Below, one piece after another: positions 28,190-37,442 of a stretch of DNA of 64,000 nucleotides. The translations under genes were made by a program, and so were the position numbers. A model generated the notes under the pieces. It was not told the DNA's origin. It searched no databases and worked only from the letters and a program-made list of their open reading frames with translations. This DNA is from Verrucomicrobiaceae bacterium. GTDB lineage: Bacteria > Verrucomicrobiota > Verrucomicrobiia > Verrucomicrobiales > Akkermansiaceae. Numbering within the stretch: position 1 is the stretch's first letter; the number at the start of each line of letters is the position of its first letter. The DNA lies in the NCBI GenBank assembly GCA_051252135.1, contig JBPOGH010000010.1:96001-160000 (forward strand), written 5' to 3'.

Positions 28190-28893
28190 AAGTAGGAAGA
28201 ACACTGGCGATCGGTGACGTTCACGGGAGTTTGAAGGCGCTCAAGAAGCTCTTAAAGTGGGTAGATCCTCAGGAGGAGGACCGCATCATCATGCTCGGGG
28301 ATTATGTGGACCGGGGGAAGAAGTCGAAGAAGGTGATCGATTACCTGTTGAAGTGGAAGTGGTCTGCGGAGTTGATCACCCTGAAGGGGAATCATGAGTT
28401 GATCATGGATCATGCGCGCTTGTCTCCGGTGCACTTGAAGTACTGGAAAGAGGTGGGTGGCGGGGCGACGCTCAAGTCGTATGGGGGATCGTTGGATCTG
28501 GTTCCTCCAGAGCATTGGGAGTTTATCCGGGGAGGGCGTTATTTTTACGAGACGGAGGATTTTATTTACGTCCATGGTGGGTTGGAGCCGCACTTGCCCC
28601 CCGAAGATCAGGATCAGGAGGAGATGTGCTGGTGGCGTTTCCCCGATGCGCGACCGCATTTTTCAGGGAAGACGGTGGTGTGCGGGCACACGGTGCAGCG
28701 GAACGGGAAGCCGAAGGACAAGGGGCACAGCATTTGCATCGACACGGCGGCGTGCCGGGGCGGGTGGCTGACTTGTCTTGATGCGTCGCGAGGGCGATTT
28801 TGGCAGACCAACCAGAAGGGGGAGTTTCGGAACGGGAAGTTGCCGCGGCGGCACCGGAAGATGCGCAAGAATCCGGACGGGAAGGTGCACTGA
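28165..28893 (+). CDS. Metallophosphoesterase, PPP Ser/Thr phosphatase-like
   Basis: IGDVHG, GDYVDRG, GNHE, VHGG, GHT, IDT. Confidence 0.92.
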   Translation: MGRNEEILKVGRTLAIGDVHGSLKALKKLLKWVDPQEEDRIIMLGDYVDRGKKSKKVIDYLLKWKWSAELITLKGNHELIMDHARLSPVHLKYWKEVGGGATLKSYGGSLDLVPPEHWEFIRGGRYFYETEDFIYVHGGLEPHLPPEDQDQEEMCWWRFPDARPHFSGKTVVCGHTVQRNGKPKDKGHSICIDTAACRGGWLTCLDASRGRFWQTNQKGEFRNGKLPRRHRKMRKNPDGKVH

Positions 28894-29444
28894 AGCCCTT
28901 TTGGAGTGTGGCGGCGTTGCTCTGGGAGCCGCTGATCATCAGCGTCGCCCTTCGCGCCTTGCCAGACTTCAAAATGACTTGCAGCAGCGAACTCCCTCTT
29001 TCATCAGCGCTTCCCTAGGAAAACACTGATTCAAGAGGAAGCACGCTGAAAGGTTTAAGGGATTTTTTAGCCAGGGAAGCTTCGCTTCCGAGATGAGAGG
29101 AGCTGCAGCCCTTTTGGATTCTGGCGGTGTTGCTCAGGGAGCCGCTGATCATCAGCGTCACCCTTCGCGCCTTGCCAGACTTCAAAATGACTTGCAGCAG
29201 CGAACTCCCTCTTTAATCAGCGCTTCCCTAGGGAAACACTGCTTCAAGATGAAGCACGCTGAAAGGTTTAAGGGGTTTTTCAGCCAGGGAAGCTTCGCTT
29301 CCGAGGTAAGAGGAGCTGCAGCCCTTTTGGATTCTGGCGGCGTTGCTCAGGGAGCCGCTGATCATCAGCGTCACCCTTCGCGCCTTGCCAGACTTCAAAA
29401 TGACTTGCAGCAGCGAACTCCCTCTTTAATCAGCGCTTCCCTAG
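28890..29444. mobile_element. One 5'-truncated and two full tandem copies of the 209-bp MITE
   Basis: CTAG at 29015, 29228 and 29441 (period 213); same sequence as 3495-3924; the last CTAG contains the stop codon of the convergent gene. Confidence 0.85.
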
Positions 29445-30346
29445 GATTTCTTCCGGGCGAGGAAGTTGATCGACCGGCAAATCTGGAACCAGGTGATGAG
29501 GCTGAGGAGGAGGGTGGCGGCGAAGGTGGCGAGGGCGAATTGGTGGCTGGGATTGGAGAAATCATCAGGGATTTCCCGGCCGAGGATGAGCATGAGGGCG
29601 ATGACCTGGGTCATGAGGACCTCGATGCAGAACAGGAGGAAGACGGGGATCCAGACGGAGTGGGCTTCGGAGAGTCCGGGGTGTCGTTTGACATTGAAGT
29701 TCCACAATTTGGCCCAACCGAAAATGGCGGCGAAGGCCCAGATGGCGTTGAAGAAGGGGATGAGAAGGATGCTGACGGCCTTGGTGCCGCTCATGGGTGC
29801 TCCGAGGATGCGCATCATTTCCCAGGCGCGGTGGAGGTAGACGATGGAGAAGAAGAACCAGAGAAGTCCGCTGAGGGCGGAGAAGGAGTAGTAGATGGAG
29901 CTGGTGGGAGGGTCTTCTTCGACGAGTCCGGCGTAGCCCAGTCCGGCGCAGAGCAGGACGAAGAGGAAGAGGAGGGGGAAGCTGACGTCCTTCAGGTAAG
30001 GGAGGTAGAGGCCTCCCGGCGGGCCGTCGGCGATGGTGCGCTCGGCTTTGGGGGTGGCGTAGGGATCGTCATTCCCGAGGCTGGATTTGGGTCCCGGGTC
30101 TTCTTCCTTTTTGGGCTGGGAGTTGGGCAGGAGGCCGACGATTTCTCCGGCGGGGTAGTCCTGTTCGTCCCCTTCCCGCCAGACGGTGGTGGAGTGGGTG
30201 AGTTTTCCCTCCATGGCATCCTGCCGCAAGGTGCGGAAGGGCATGGGGCCGTGATCCTTTCCCTTCGCATCGGTGTAGAACCACCAAAGGGCCTCGGGAG
30301 GTCCCAATGGTGATTTGAAGTCGCGTTTTTTACGAGGGAGAGCCAC
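29441..30346 (-). CDS. GYF_2 (DUF4339) domain membrane protein
   Basis: WFY......HGPM......G.L...T.VWREG, NDDPYATP linker, about 5 TM helices. Confidence 0.8.
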   Translation of the reverse strand: MALPRKKRDFKSPLGPPEALWWFYTDAKGKDHGPMPFRTLRQDAMEGKLTHSTTVWREGDEQDYPAGEIVGLLPNSQPKKEEDPGPKSSLGNDDPYATPKAERTIADGPPGGLYLPYLKDVSFPLLFLFVLLCAGLGYAGLVEEDPPTSSIYYSFSALSGLLWFFFSIVYLHRAWEMMRILGAPMSGTKAVSILLIPFFNAIWAFAAIFGWAKLWNFNVKRHPGLSEAHSVWIPVFLLFCIEVLMTQVIALMLILGREIPDDFSNPSHQFALATFAATLLLSLITWFQICRSINFLARKKS

Positions 30347-30355
30347 AATGGAGGA

Positions 30356-31738
30356 TTAGAAGTGAATGGCGTGGCCATCGGCATCGAGGGTGGCCTCGTG
30401 GATGGCTTCGGCGAGCGTGGGGTGGGCGTGGATGGTGGCGTGGATGTCGTCGATGGTAGCTTCCATGGCGACGGCGAGTCCCATTTCGGAGATGAGGTCG
30501 GTGGCGTTCTCACCGATGATGTGAGCGCCGAGGACTTCGCCGTGTTCTTTTCCGAAGAGGATTTTGACGAAGCCTTCGGTCTCGCCGCTGGCTTGTGCCT
30601 TTCCAAGTGCCTGGTAGGGGAAGCGTCCGACTTTGTAGTCGACGCCTTCCTCCTGAAGGGCCCGCTCGGTCTTACCGACGGAAGCGACCTCCGGGTAGCA
30701 GTAGGTGCAGCCGGGGAATTGGTCGACACGGCGGACCTGGTGGCCTTCGACAAACATTCCTTCGACACACTGCATGGCTTCGAAGCTGGCGGTGTGGGCG
30801 AGCCAGGGAGGGCCGGAGATGTCACCGATGGCGTAGACGCCGGGGATGGAGGTCTGGTAGCGCTCGTCGATCTGAACCCAGCCGCGGTCGGTGAGTTGGG
30901 GCTGTTGGCCACCGGGGAGGACGGGGGAGACTCCGATGGCGACGAGGCAGGTATCGGCGGTGAGTTCCTGGGTGCCCTTGGCGTTTTCGACGGTGATGGT
31001 GACCGAGGTGCCGTTGTCCTTGGTGGCGACGACCTTGGTATCGGTGAGGCAGTTGATGCCGGCTTTTTGGTAGCTCTTGGTGATGGCCTGGCTGACCTCG
31101 GTGTCCTCGACGGGGAGGAGGTGGGGCATCATTTCGACGAGGGTGACCTCGGTGCCGAAGGCGTTGTAGATGTAGCCGAACTCGACCCCGATGGCGCCGG
31201 CACCGATGATGATCATCGATTTGGGCTGCTTTTCGAGAACCATGGCTTCCTTTGAGGAGATGACGGAGGTTCCGTTGTAGGGCAGGCCGGGGAGTTCGCG
31301 GGACTTGGCGCCGGTGGCGATGATGATGTTTTTGGCGTCGAGGGTCTCGGTGGAGCCGTCGGCTTTTTTGACTTCGACTTTTCCTTCTCCGGAGACGGAG
31401 CCGAAGCCTTTTACGTAGTCGACCTTGTTCTTTTTGAAGAGGAACTCGATGCCGCCGGCGAGCTTGCCGGAGACCTGGCGGGAGCGGCTGATGACCTTGG
31501 ACCAGTCGTATTGGAGATTGTCGAAGCTGAGGCCGAAGGTGGCGGCGTCGTGCTTGAGCTGGTGGTAAAGGTGGGCGTTCTTGAGGAGGGCTTTGGTAGG
31601 GATGCAACCCCAGTTGAGGCAGGTTCCTCCGGCGCGTTCCATTTCGACACAGGCAACTTTTTTACCCAATTGTCCGGCGCGAATGGCGGCGACGTATCCG
31701 CCGGGGCCTCCTCCGATGACGACAAGATCGTATGACAT
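30356..31738 (-). CDS. lpdA: Dihydrolipoyl dehydrogenase
   Basis: GGGPGGY, GGTCLNWGCIPTK, GAGAIGVE, HAHPTLAE. Confidence 0.97.
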   Translation of the reverse strand: MSYDLVVIGGGPGGYVAAIRAGQLGKKVACVEMERAGGTCLNWGCIPTKALLKNAHLYHQLKHDAATFGLSFDNLQYDWSKVISRSRQVSGKLAGGIEFLFKKNKVDYVKGFGSVSGEGKVEVKKADGSTETLDAKNIIIATGAKSRELPGLPYNGTSVISSKEAMVLEKQPKSMIIIGAGAIGVEFGYIYNAFGTEVTLVEMMPHLLPVEDTEVSQAITKSYQKAGINCLTDTKVVATKDNGTSVTITVENAKGTQELTADTCLVAIGVSPVLPGGQQPQLTDRGWVQIDERYQTSIPGVYAIGDISGPPWLAHTASFEAMQCVEGMFVEGHQVRRVDQFPGCTYCYPEVASVGKTERALQEEGVDYKVGRFPYQALGKAQASGETEGFVKILFGKEHGEVLGAHIIGENATDLISEMGLAVAMEATIDDIHATIHAHPTLAEAIHEATLDADGHAIHF

Positions 31739-31859
31739 GGGGGAAAGCTGGCGGGAAGGTCTGGAAGAATCAAGGGTTAAGGGGTGATTTTCAACTTTGA
31801 GATAAATATTTCCATGAGGTCACAAAAAGGTCACTTTTGAGGGTCAAGATATCCCTGTT

Positions 31860-32795
31860 ATGAAGAGCAAATCGATCATTATCCTTCTCGTGGCCCTTGC
31901 GGTGGCGATTGTAGTCGTTCAGGAAATCCGAATCAGCGGGTTGCGTGATGAGTTGGCGAAGGCCTCCGTGGAACCGGTGCAGATGACGGTGAAGGAGCGG
32001 GTGGTGGTTTCGACGAGTCCGTCATCGACGCAGCGTCGGGAGAGTTCGATTGCCGAGCGGAGTGCCGAGGAAGGTGCGGAAGAGGAGGGGAATTCGTCGT
32101 TAGAGGAATTTGGGACGGCGATGCGGAAGATGGCGGATAATCCGGCGGCGAAGGCGATGTTTGCGCAGGCTCACATTGCGCAGGCGCGGATGTTGTTTGG
32201 ACCGTTGCTGGAGAAGCTGAATCTGAGCAAGGAGGAGGAAGATTACTTTTTGGGGTTGGTTTCGGGTGACTTTGCGGATCAGCAGCAGATCGGGATGAAG
32301 ATGATGGGGGCGGGATCGGCTGAAGAGCGTCAGGCGTTGGTGGAAGAGATGGAGAAGAACAAGGAGGACCGGAAGAAGCAGATTAAGGAGTTTCTCAACA
32401 ACGACGAAGACGCTGCGGACTATGAGGCTTATGCGGACCGGTTGCCCGAGCATCAGCAGATGGCGGGGATTCGGGGAGCGATCGCGACGAGCGGGATGCC
32501 TCTTACGGCGGAGCAGGAAACGCAATTGGTGGAGGTGATGCACGAGATGCGCACGGGATCCGAGGAGGCGAAGAAGTGGGATGGGGCCGGCGCGATGGAG
32601 ATGATGGCGAAGCCAAATGTGGAGGAGATTTTTGAAGCGGATTGGGCGAAGGGCCAGGAGGCTTACAAGGAGCGACTGGATGGGGTGCTGGAGCCGGTGC
32701 AGCTTGACGCGTTCATGGAGAGTCAGGCGCAGATGAAGCAGATGCATCTCATGGGCATCAAGATGATGAGCAACATGATGAAGCAGGATCAGTAG
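31860..32795 (+). CDS. Hypothetical membrane-anchored helical protein
   Basis: N-terminal TM helix; Met/Glu-rich helical body; codon usage like its neighbours. Confidence 0.7.
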   Translation: MKSKSIIILLVALAVAIVVVQEIRISGLRDELAKASVEPVQMTVKERVVVSTSPSSTQRRESSIAERSAEEGAEEEGNSSLEEFGTAMRKMADNPAAKAMFAQAHIAQARMLFGPLLEKLNLSKEEEDYFLGLVSGDFADQQQIGMKMMGAGSAEERQALVEEMEKNKEDRKKQIKEFLNNDEDAADYEAYADRLPEHQQMAGIRGAIATSGMPLTAEQETQLVEVMHEMRTGSEEAKKWDGAGAMEMMAKPNVEEIFEADWAKGQEAYKERLDGVLEPVQLDAFMESQAQMKQMHLMGIKMMSNMMKQDQ

Positions 32796-32802
32796 ATCCG
32801 AT

Positions 32803-35511
32803 TTATTTTCCGGGAGCCTTGTAGATGAGGCGGAGGGAGTCGAGGCGGAGGCGTGATTCGGAGAGGGCTTTTGTCAGCTCCGATTTACGTGCGGTGAGGG
32901 AGTCGATCTCGTGGTCGCCGATCATGGGGTTGACCTCGGCGAGATCGGTGAGGCGGGCGAGTTCGGCGTCGAGGGCGGCGTCCATGGAGGAGATGGCTTT
33001 TTCGACGACGGAGTCCCGGCGTTTTGAGGCGAGCCCTTCGAGTTGTTTGAGCATCTTGGGGAGCAGTTCCTGGGTGATGGAGGGTTGCTCGAGGAATTTG
33101 CGATGTTGGCCGGGGCGGAGGAGGGCGCGGATGAGGGGGGCGTTTTTGGTGAGGTTCTTGCCCTGGTGGTCCACGGCGACACGGACGGGGATGGAGGGGA
33201 GGAAGTGGTCGGTCTGGAGGGAGGCGGGGGCGATGCACTCGACGACGAAGTAGGCCTCGAGGATCATGGAGACTTCTCCGGGGGTTTCCCAGACGCCGAA
33301 GGAGCTGTTTCCTGCCTCGCTGGAGAGGAGGAGGTCGATGGCGGAGACGACGATGGGGTGGTCCGCGGACATGAAGGCGATTTCTTCGCGACTGAGGGCG
33401 CGTTGGCGATCGAAGGTGACGCCAAGGCCTTCGGCGGGGAGGTCGGGGAAGGCATCGGTGATGACATTTCCGGGTTTGAGGAGGTAGCCGCGGGAGCCGA
33501 GTTCTTCGACGTGGAGGCCGAAGTAGTCGAGGAGGCGGGTGATCCAGTCCTCGAAGTTCCGGTCGCTGTCCCAGCGGTCCATCTTTTCGAGGATGTCATC
33601 GGTCTCTTCACCTGCCTGGGAGGTGAGGGCGAGGAGGCGGTCGTAGCCGCGTTCCATTTCGGCTTCGGTTTCCTCTTTGAGTTTTTTGGAGGCTTCGATG
33701 AATTGGTCGAGGGTTTCGGTCTTGAGAGCCTGGAGTCGTTTGACGAGGATTTGTGCGCCCTGGAGGTTTTTTTCGAAGGCGTTGAGGCCCTGGGAATACC
33801 ACTTGGCGTAGCGTTCTCCGGGGTGTCCTTTGACGAAGGGGACGTGGATGTTGATGGTCTCGGTCTGGCCGATGCGATCGAGGCGGCCGATGCGTTGCTC
33901 GAGGAGTTCGGGGTTTTCGGGGAGGTCGAAGAGGACGAGGTGGTGGGCGAACTGGAAGTTGCGACCTTCGGATCCGATTTCAGAGCAGAGGAGGACGCGG
34001 GCGCCATCATCTTCCGAGAAGTAGGCGGCGTTGCGGTCGCGCTGGAGGAGGTTGAGCTCTTCGTGGAATTGGGCGAGATTTAGGGTGACGCGATCGAGGA
34101 TGGCGGCGGCAATTTCTTCGACGAGGTCGATGGTTTTACAGATGAGAAGGACTTTTTCATCGGTGTTTTTTTCGAGGAATTTGATGAGCCAATCGACTTT
34201 GGCGGCGAACTCATCCTCGCCCTCGAGTGAGATGAGGTGGGCTTTTCGTTCGGGAAATCCGCTGAGTTGTTTGCGGGTGTTGCGGAACATGACGCGGCCG
34301 GTGCCGAAGGAGTCGAGGAGGTCGGAGACGACCTGGTCGCGCATGCCTTCTTCATCGAGACGGGAGAGGCCATCGGCGAGGCGGGGGGAGCGAGAGGCGA
34401 AGGTTTTGACGACCTTGGGATCAACGTCTTTTTCCGACTGCACGGTGTCGATGACATCGGCGATGGTCTCGTAGTGCAGGGATTCCGCGATGAAGGCGTC
34501 GAGATCGTTGTAGCGATCGGGATCGAGAAGCTGGAGTCGGGCGAAGTGTCCCTCGGCGCCGAGTTGTTGGGGGGTGGCGGTGAGGAGGAGGACGGAGGGG
34601 GTTTCGTCTGCGAGGGCCTGGACGAGCTCATAGCCCTCACTGGCTTCCTCGCGGGTCCACTCGAGGTGGTGGGCTTCATCGACGATGAGGAGGTCCCAGC
34701 CGGCTTCCATGACCTGGGGGACGCGCTCGGGGTGATCGAGGAGGAAGTCGTTTGAGCAGAGGACGAGTTGGTTCTCGAGGAAGGGGTTTGTTTCGGGGGA
34801 GTGCTCGGTGAGGGATTGGCAGCGGTCCTCATCGAAGATGGCGAAGAGGAGGTTGAAGCGGCGGAAGAGCTCGACGAACCATTGGTGGACGAGGGCTTCC
34901 GGGAGGAGGATGAGGACGCGGTCGGCGCGGCCGGTGAGCTGGAGGCGGTGGAGGATGAGGCAGGCTTCGATGGTTTTTCCGAGGCCGACCTCATCGGCGA
35001 GGAGGACGCGGGGAGCGATGCGGGAGGCGACCTCCTTGACGATGGCGATTTGGTGGGGGATGAGATCGACCCGGCCGCCGAGCATGCCACGGACGGGGGA
35101 CTGGCGGATGGCGCTGCTGCGGAAGAGGGATTCGGCGCGGAGGTTGAACTTGCGGAGACTGTCGACTTGTCCGCTGAGGAGGCGGTCCTCGGGTTTTGAG
35201 AAGCTGATTTTATCGGAGAGTTCGTCTTCGGAGATTTCGCGGCCTTGTGCGAGGTAGGTCATGAGGCCGTCTTCTTCGGTGGCGGAATCGATGGTGAGGG
35301 TGGTGCCGTCGTCGAGGAGGACGTCGTCGCCTGGCTTGAAGCGGACGCGGAGGATGGGGGCGGTGTCGAGGGAGTAGATGCGCTTCTCCTGGGCGGCGGT
35401 GAAGAGGATGGCGGCTTTTCCGTGGTCTTCCTCGAGGAGGACTCCGAGGCCGAGTTCAGGTTCTGTTTTACTGACCCATCGTTGACCCGGAGTGAAGAGT
35501 GGTTTCGGCAC
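32803..35511 (-). CDS. rapA: RNA polymerase-associated SNF2 helicase RapA
   Basis: GQRWVS.TEPELGLG, LLADEVGLGKTIEA, DEAHHL, TATP, SEIGSEGRNFQFA, EQRIGRLDRIGQ. Confidence 0.93.
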   Translation of the reverse strand: MPKPLFTPGQRWVSKTEPELGLGVLLEEDHGKAAILFTAAQEKRIYSLDTAPILRVRFKPGDDVLLDDGTTLTIDSATEEDGLMTYLAQGREISEDELSDKISFSKPEDRLLSGQVDSLRKFNLRAESLFRSSAIRQSPVRGMLGGRVDLIPHQIAIVKEVASRIAPRVLLADEVGLGKTIEACLILHRLQLTGRADRVLILLPEALVHQWFVELFRRFNLLFAIFDEDRCQSLTEHSPETNPFLENQLVLCSNDFLLDHPERVPQVMEAGWDLLIVDEAHHLEWTREEASEGYELVQALADETPSVLLLTATPQQLGAEGHFARLQLLDPDRYNDLDAFIAESLHYETIADVIDTVQSEKDVDPKVVKTFASRSPRLADGLSRLDEEGMRDQVVSDLLDSFGTGRVMFRNTRKQLSGFPERKAHLISLEGEDEFAAKVDWLIKFLEKNTDEKVLLICKTIDLVEEIAAAILDRVTLNLAQFHEELNLLQRDRNAAYFSEDDGARVLLCSEIGSEGRNFQFAHHLVLFDLPENPELLEQRIGRLDRIGQTETINIHVPFVKGHPGERYAKWYSQGLNAFEKNLQGAQILVKRLQALKTETLDQFIEASKKLKEETEAEMERGYDRLLALTSQAGEETDDILEKMDRWDSDRNFEDWITRLLDYFGLHVEELGSRGYLLKPGNVITDAFPDLPAEGLGVTFDRQRALSREEIAFMSADHPIVVSAIDLLLSSEAGNSSFGVWETPGEVSMILEAYFVVECIAPASLQTDHFLPSIPVRVAVDHQGKNLTKNAPLIRALLRPGQHRKFLEQPSITQELLPKMLKQLEGLASKRRDSVVEKAISSMDAALDAELARLTDLAEVNPMIGDHEIDSLTARKSELTKALSESRLRLDSLRLIYKAPGK

Positions 35512-35616
35512 GCGCGTCGATAGACGAGGGGGCGGGGAATGTCGAGGATGTCGGGCCCCGGAGGTGGAAATAGAATGGAGGCTTGGTTATGGGGGGAGGG
35601 GGGATAGGATTTTCGG

Positions 35617-36183
35617 GTGAAACTTGTTTGTTCTTTGGTGGTTTTGATGAGCGGGGTGGTGATGGGGGGAGAGTGGGTGGAACTTTTTGACGGGAAGACG
35701 ACGAAGGGGTGGGAGCCGAGGGAAGAGGTGGTGCGATTTGAGGCGAAGGAAGGGGAGCTGTATTTGCTCTCGAAGAAGAATGTGTGGGTGACGACGGAGG
35801 TGGAGATGGGGGATTTTGAGGCGGAGTGTGAGGTGTTGCTGCCGAAGGAGGCGGGGTTTAATTCGGGGTTGGCGTTTCGGTGTGCGGGGGAGAAGGGGAA
35901 GCCGAAGGGTTACCAGGTGGAGATTGACCGGAAGATTCCGGGGGGAGTCTTTGGGATTGGTTTGGGAGGGTGGCTGAGCCGGGAGAAGGGGGAATTGAAG
36001 GAGGGGGAGTGGAATCATTTCCGGGTGAAGGCGGAGGGTGACCGGATTCGGACCTGGGTGAACGGGGATTTGGTTGCGGATGTGAAGGAGGGGACGCAGG
36101 TGAAGGGGTACTTTGCGATCCAGCATCACGGAAAGGGCGGGGTGGTGAAGTTCCGCAAGGTGCGGGCGCGGGAGCTGGATTGA
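35617..36183 (+). CDS. DUF1080 (3-keto-disaccharide hydrolase family) protein
   Basis: Signal peptide, W.ELFDGKT..GW, NSG..FR, GYQVEI, WNH, G..AIQHH, V.FR.V. Confidence 0.88.
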   Translation: MKLVCSLVVLMSGVVMGGEWVELFDGKTTKGWEPREEVVRFEAKEGELYLLSKKNVWVTTEVEMGDFEAECEVLLPKEAGFNSGLAFRCAGEKGKPKGYQVEIDRKIPGGVFGIGLGGWLSREKGELKEGEWNHFRVKAEGDRIRTWVNGDLVADVKEGTQVKGYFAIQHHGKGGVVKFRKVRARELD

Positions 36184-36192
36184 AGGGGAGTT

Positions 36193-36250
36193 TTTTACTC
36201 CTGTCTGAGGGCGTCGATGGGGTCGAGCTTGGCGGCTTGGGAGGCGGGGT
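36193..36250. repeat. 58-bp direct repeat, orphan copy of the ABC permease 3' end
   Basis: Identical to 37385-37442 (TTTTACTCCTGTCTGAGG...GGGAGGCGGGGT). Confidence 0.95.
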
Positions 36251-36361
36251 GCGTATTCCCCGGCGGAGAACCCGGATCGATTGCAGGGTGGGTTTCCTCC
36301 AATGCAGCAGCCGCTTCCTGATGTCATTGGACATTGACATTGGAGATGAAAATTCGGGAGA

Positions 36362-37327
36362 ATGCAGTTTATGAAAAGTTTCAATCTGGGTTTCGATAGA
36401 TTGTGTGGTCTTTTTTTAAGGGGGCAAAAGATCAGTCTTTCGGCGTGTGTGCTGGGTTGTTTGGGCGTCGCGCAGGCGGCAAGTGTTTATACGACGCGTG
36501 TCGAGGAAAATGAGTTGGTTTCAGGGACCGCTACGAGTCGTGGGATTCAGGAATCACTTGCGGGTAATGATATCAGCGTTTCCGATGGTGATTTTTCCAG
36601 CAGGGCATGGGTGGATTCGGGGGTGTCAGGATCCGTGCCGACCCTAAGGGTGAGATCTACCGGGAGTTCCGATTCATCCTTCAATGATCCGGATCGTTCG
36701 AGACAGGCGTTTGCGATTGCGCAAACAAGTACGCTCTTCAAAGCAACATCAGGGACGCAGCCTTTCGAGACGGCCTTTAATGCCGGTGTTACGATCGATA
36801 TTGACGGGAGTATCTTTTTCGATGTTGCGAATGCCGCGACCACGGAGTTTTCCCCTTTCCGTCCGGGAGACAGCGGGGTCGTCAGTTTTAGTATGAGTAT
36901 TCGCCCCGAAAGCGATGAGTATTATACGGCGGCGAACAGTATTTCCTTTGGATCCGAAATTGTCTGGGACCACAGTGGAATAACGATTGGGGATCTTAAT
37001 GTTTATGATGGGGATTTTAATCCGATCGGAATGGCCACGGTCACGCAATCGGATACCGGGTTGAACACCAAGAGTTTTTCCATTGCGGCCAATATTCCAT
37101 TCACAGCCCAGGTGGGTGTTGATTACTCGATGGAATCTTATTTCCAATCGTCGACCATTCTTCGTGGAGGGGTGGGATCCAAATCCATCGATATGGATTT
37201 TTTTAACTCGATGAATACGGCTCCAGAAGCACAGGGAGGAGATTTTGACTTCGTGCTGGTGCCTGAGCCGGCGAGTGCGATTTTGGTGTTATTTGGAGCT
37301 ACGCTTGGATTAAGGCGGAGGCGTTAG
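36362..37327 (+). CDS. PEP-CTERM sorting domain protein
   Basis: Signal peptide ending AQA-AS, Ser/Thr-rich body, VPEPASAILVLFGATLGLRRRR; exact start uncertain. Confidence 0.88.
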   Translation: MQFMKSFNLGFDRLCGLFLRGQKISLSACVLGCLGVAQAASVYTTRVEENELVSGTATSRGIQESLAGNDISVSDGDFSSRAWVDSGVSGSVPTLRVRSTGSSDSSFNDPDRSRQAFAIAQTSTLFKATSGTQPFETAFNAGVTIDIDGSIFFDVANAATTEFSPFRPGDSGVVSFSMSIRPESDEYYTAANSISFGSEIVWDHSGITIGDLNVYDGDFNPIGMATVTQSDTGLNTKSFSIAANIPFTAQVGVDYSMESYFQSSTILRGGVGSKSIDMDFFNSMNTAPEAQGGDFDFVLVPEPASAILVLFGATLGLRRRR

Positions 37328-37384
37328 GGTTTTACCGGAAATGGTTCAATTGGGGGCCGGGGGAGGTGAAGATCGGAGAGGTTC

Positions 37385-37442
37385 TTTTACTCCTGTCTGA
37401 GGGCGTCGATGGGGTCGAGCTTGGCGGCTTGGGAGGCGGGGT
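37385..37442. repeat. 58-bp direct repeat, copy within the permease gene end
   Basis: Identical to 36193-36250. Confidence 0.95.

Noticed and set aside
29093..30313. 406-aa ORF with an internal 71-aa repeat
   Set aside because: It is a read-through of the 213-bp repeat (divisible by 3) into the antisense strand of the GYF gene. The same frame has stop codons in the copies after recA.
32803..35511. SNF2 helicase as a DISARM/defence helicase
   Set aside because: Full-length RapA architecture including the N-terminal GQRWVS...ELGLG motif; no methylase or other defence genes nearby.
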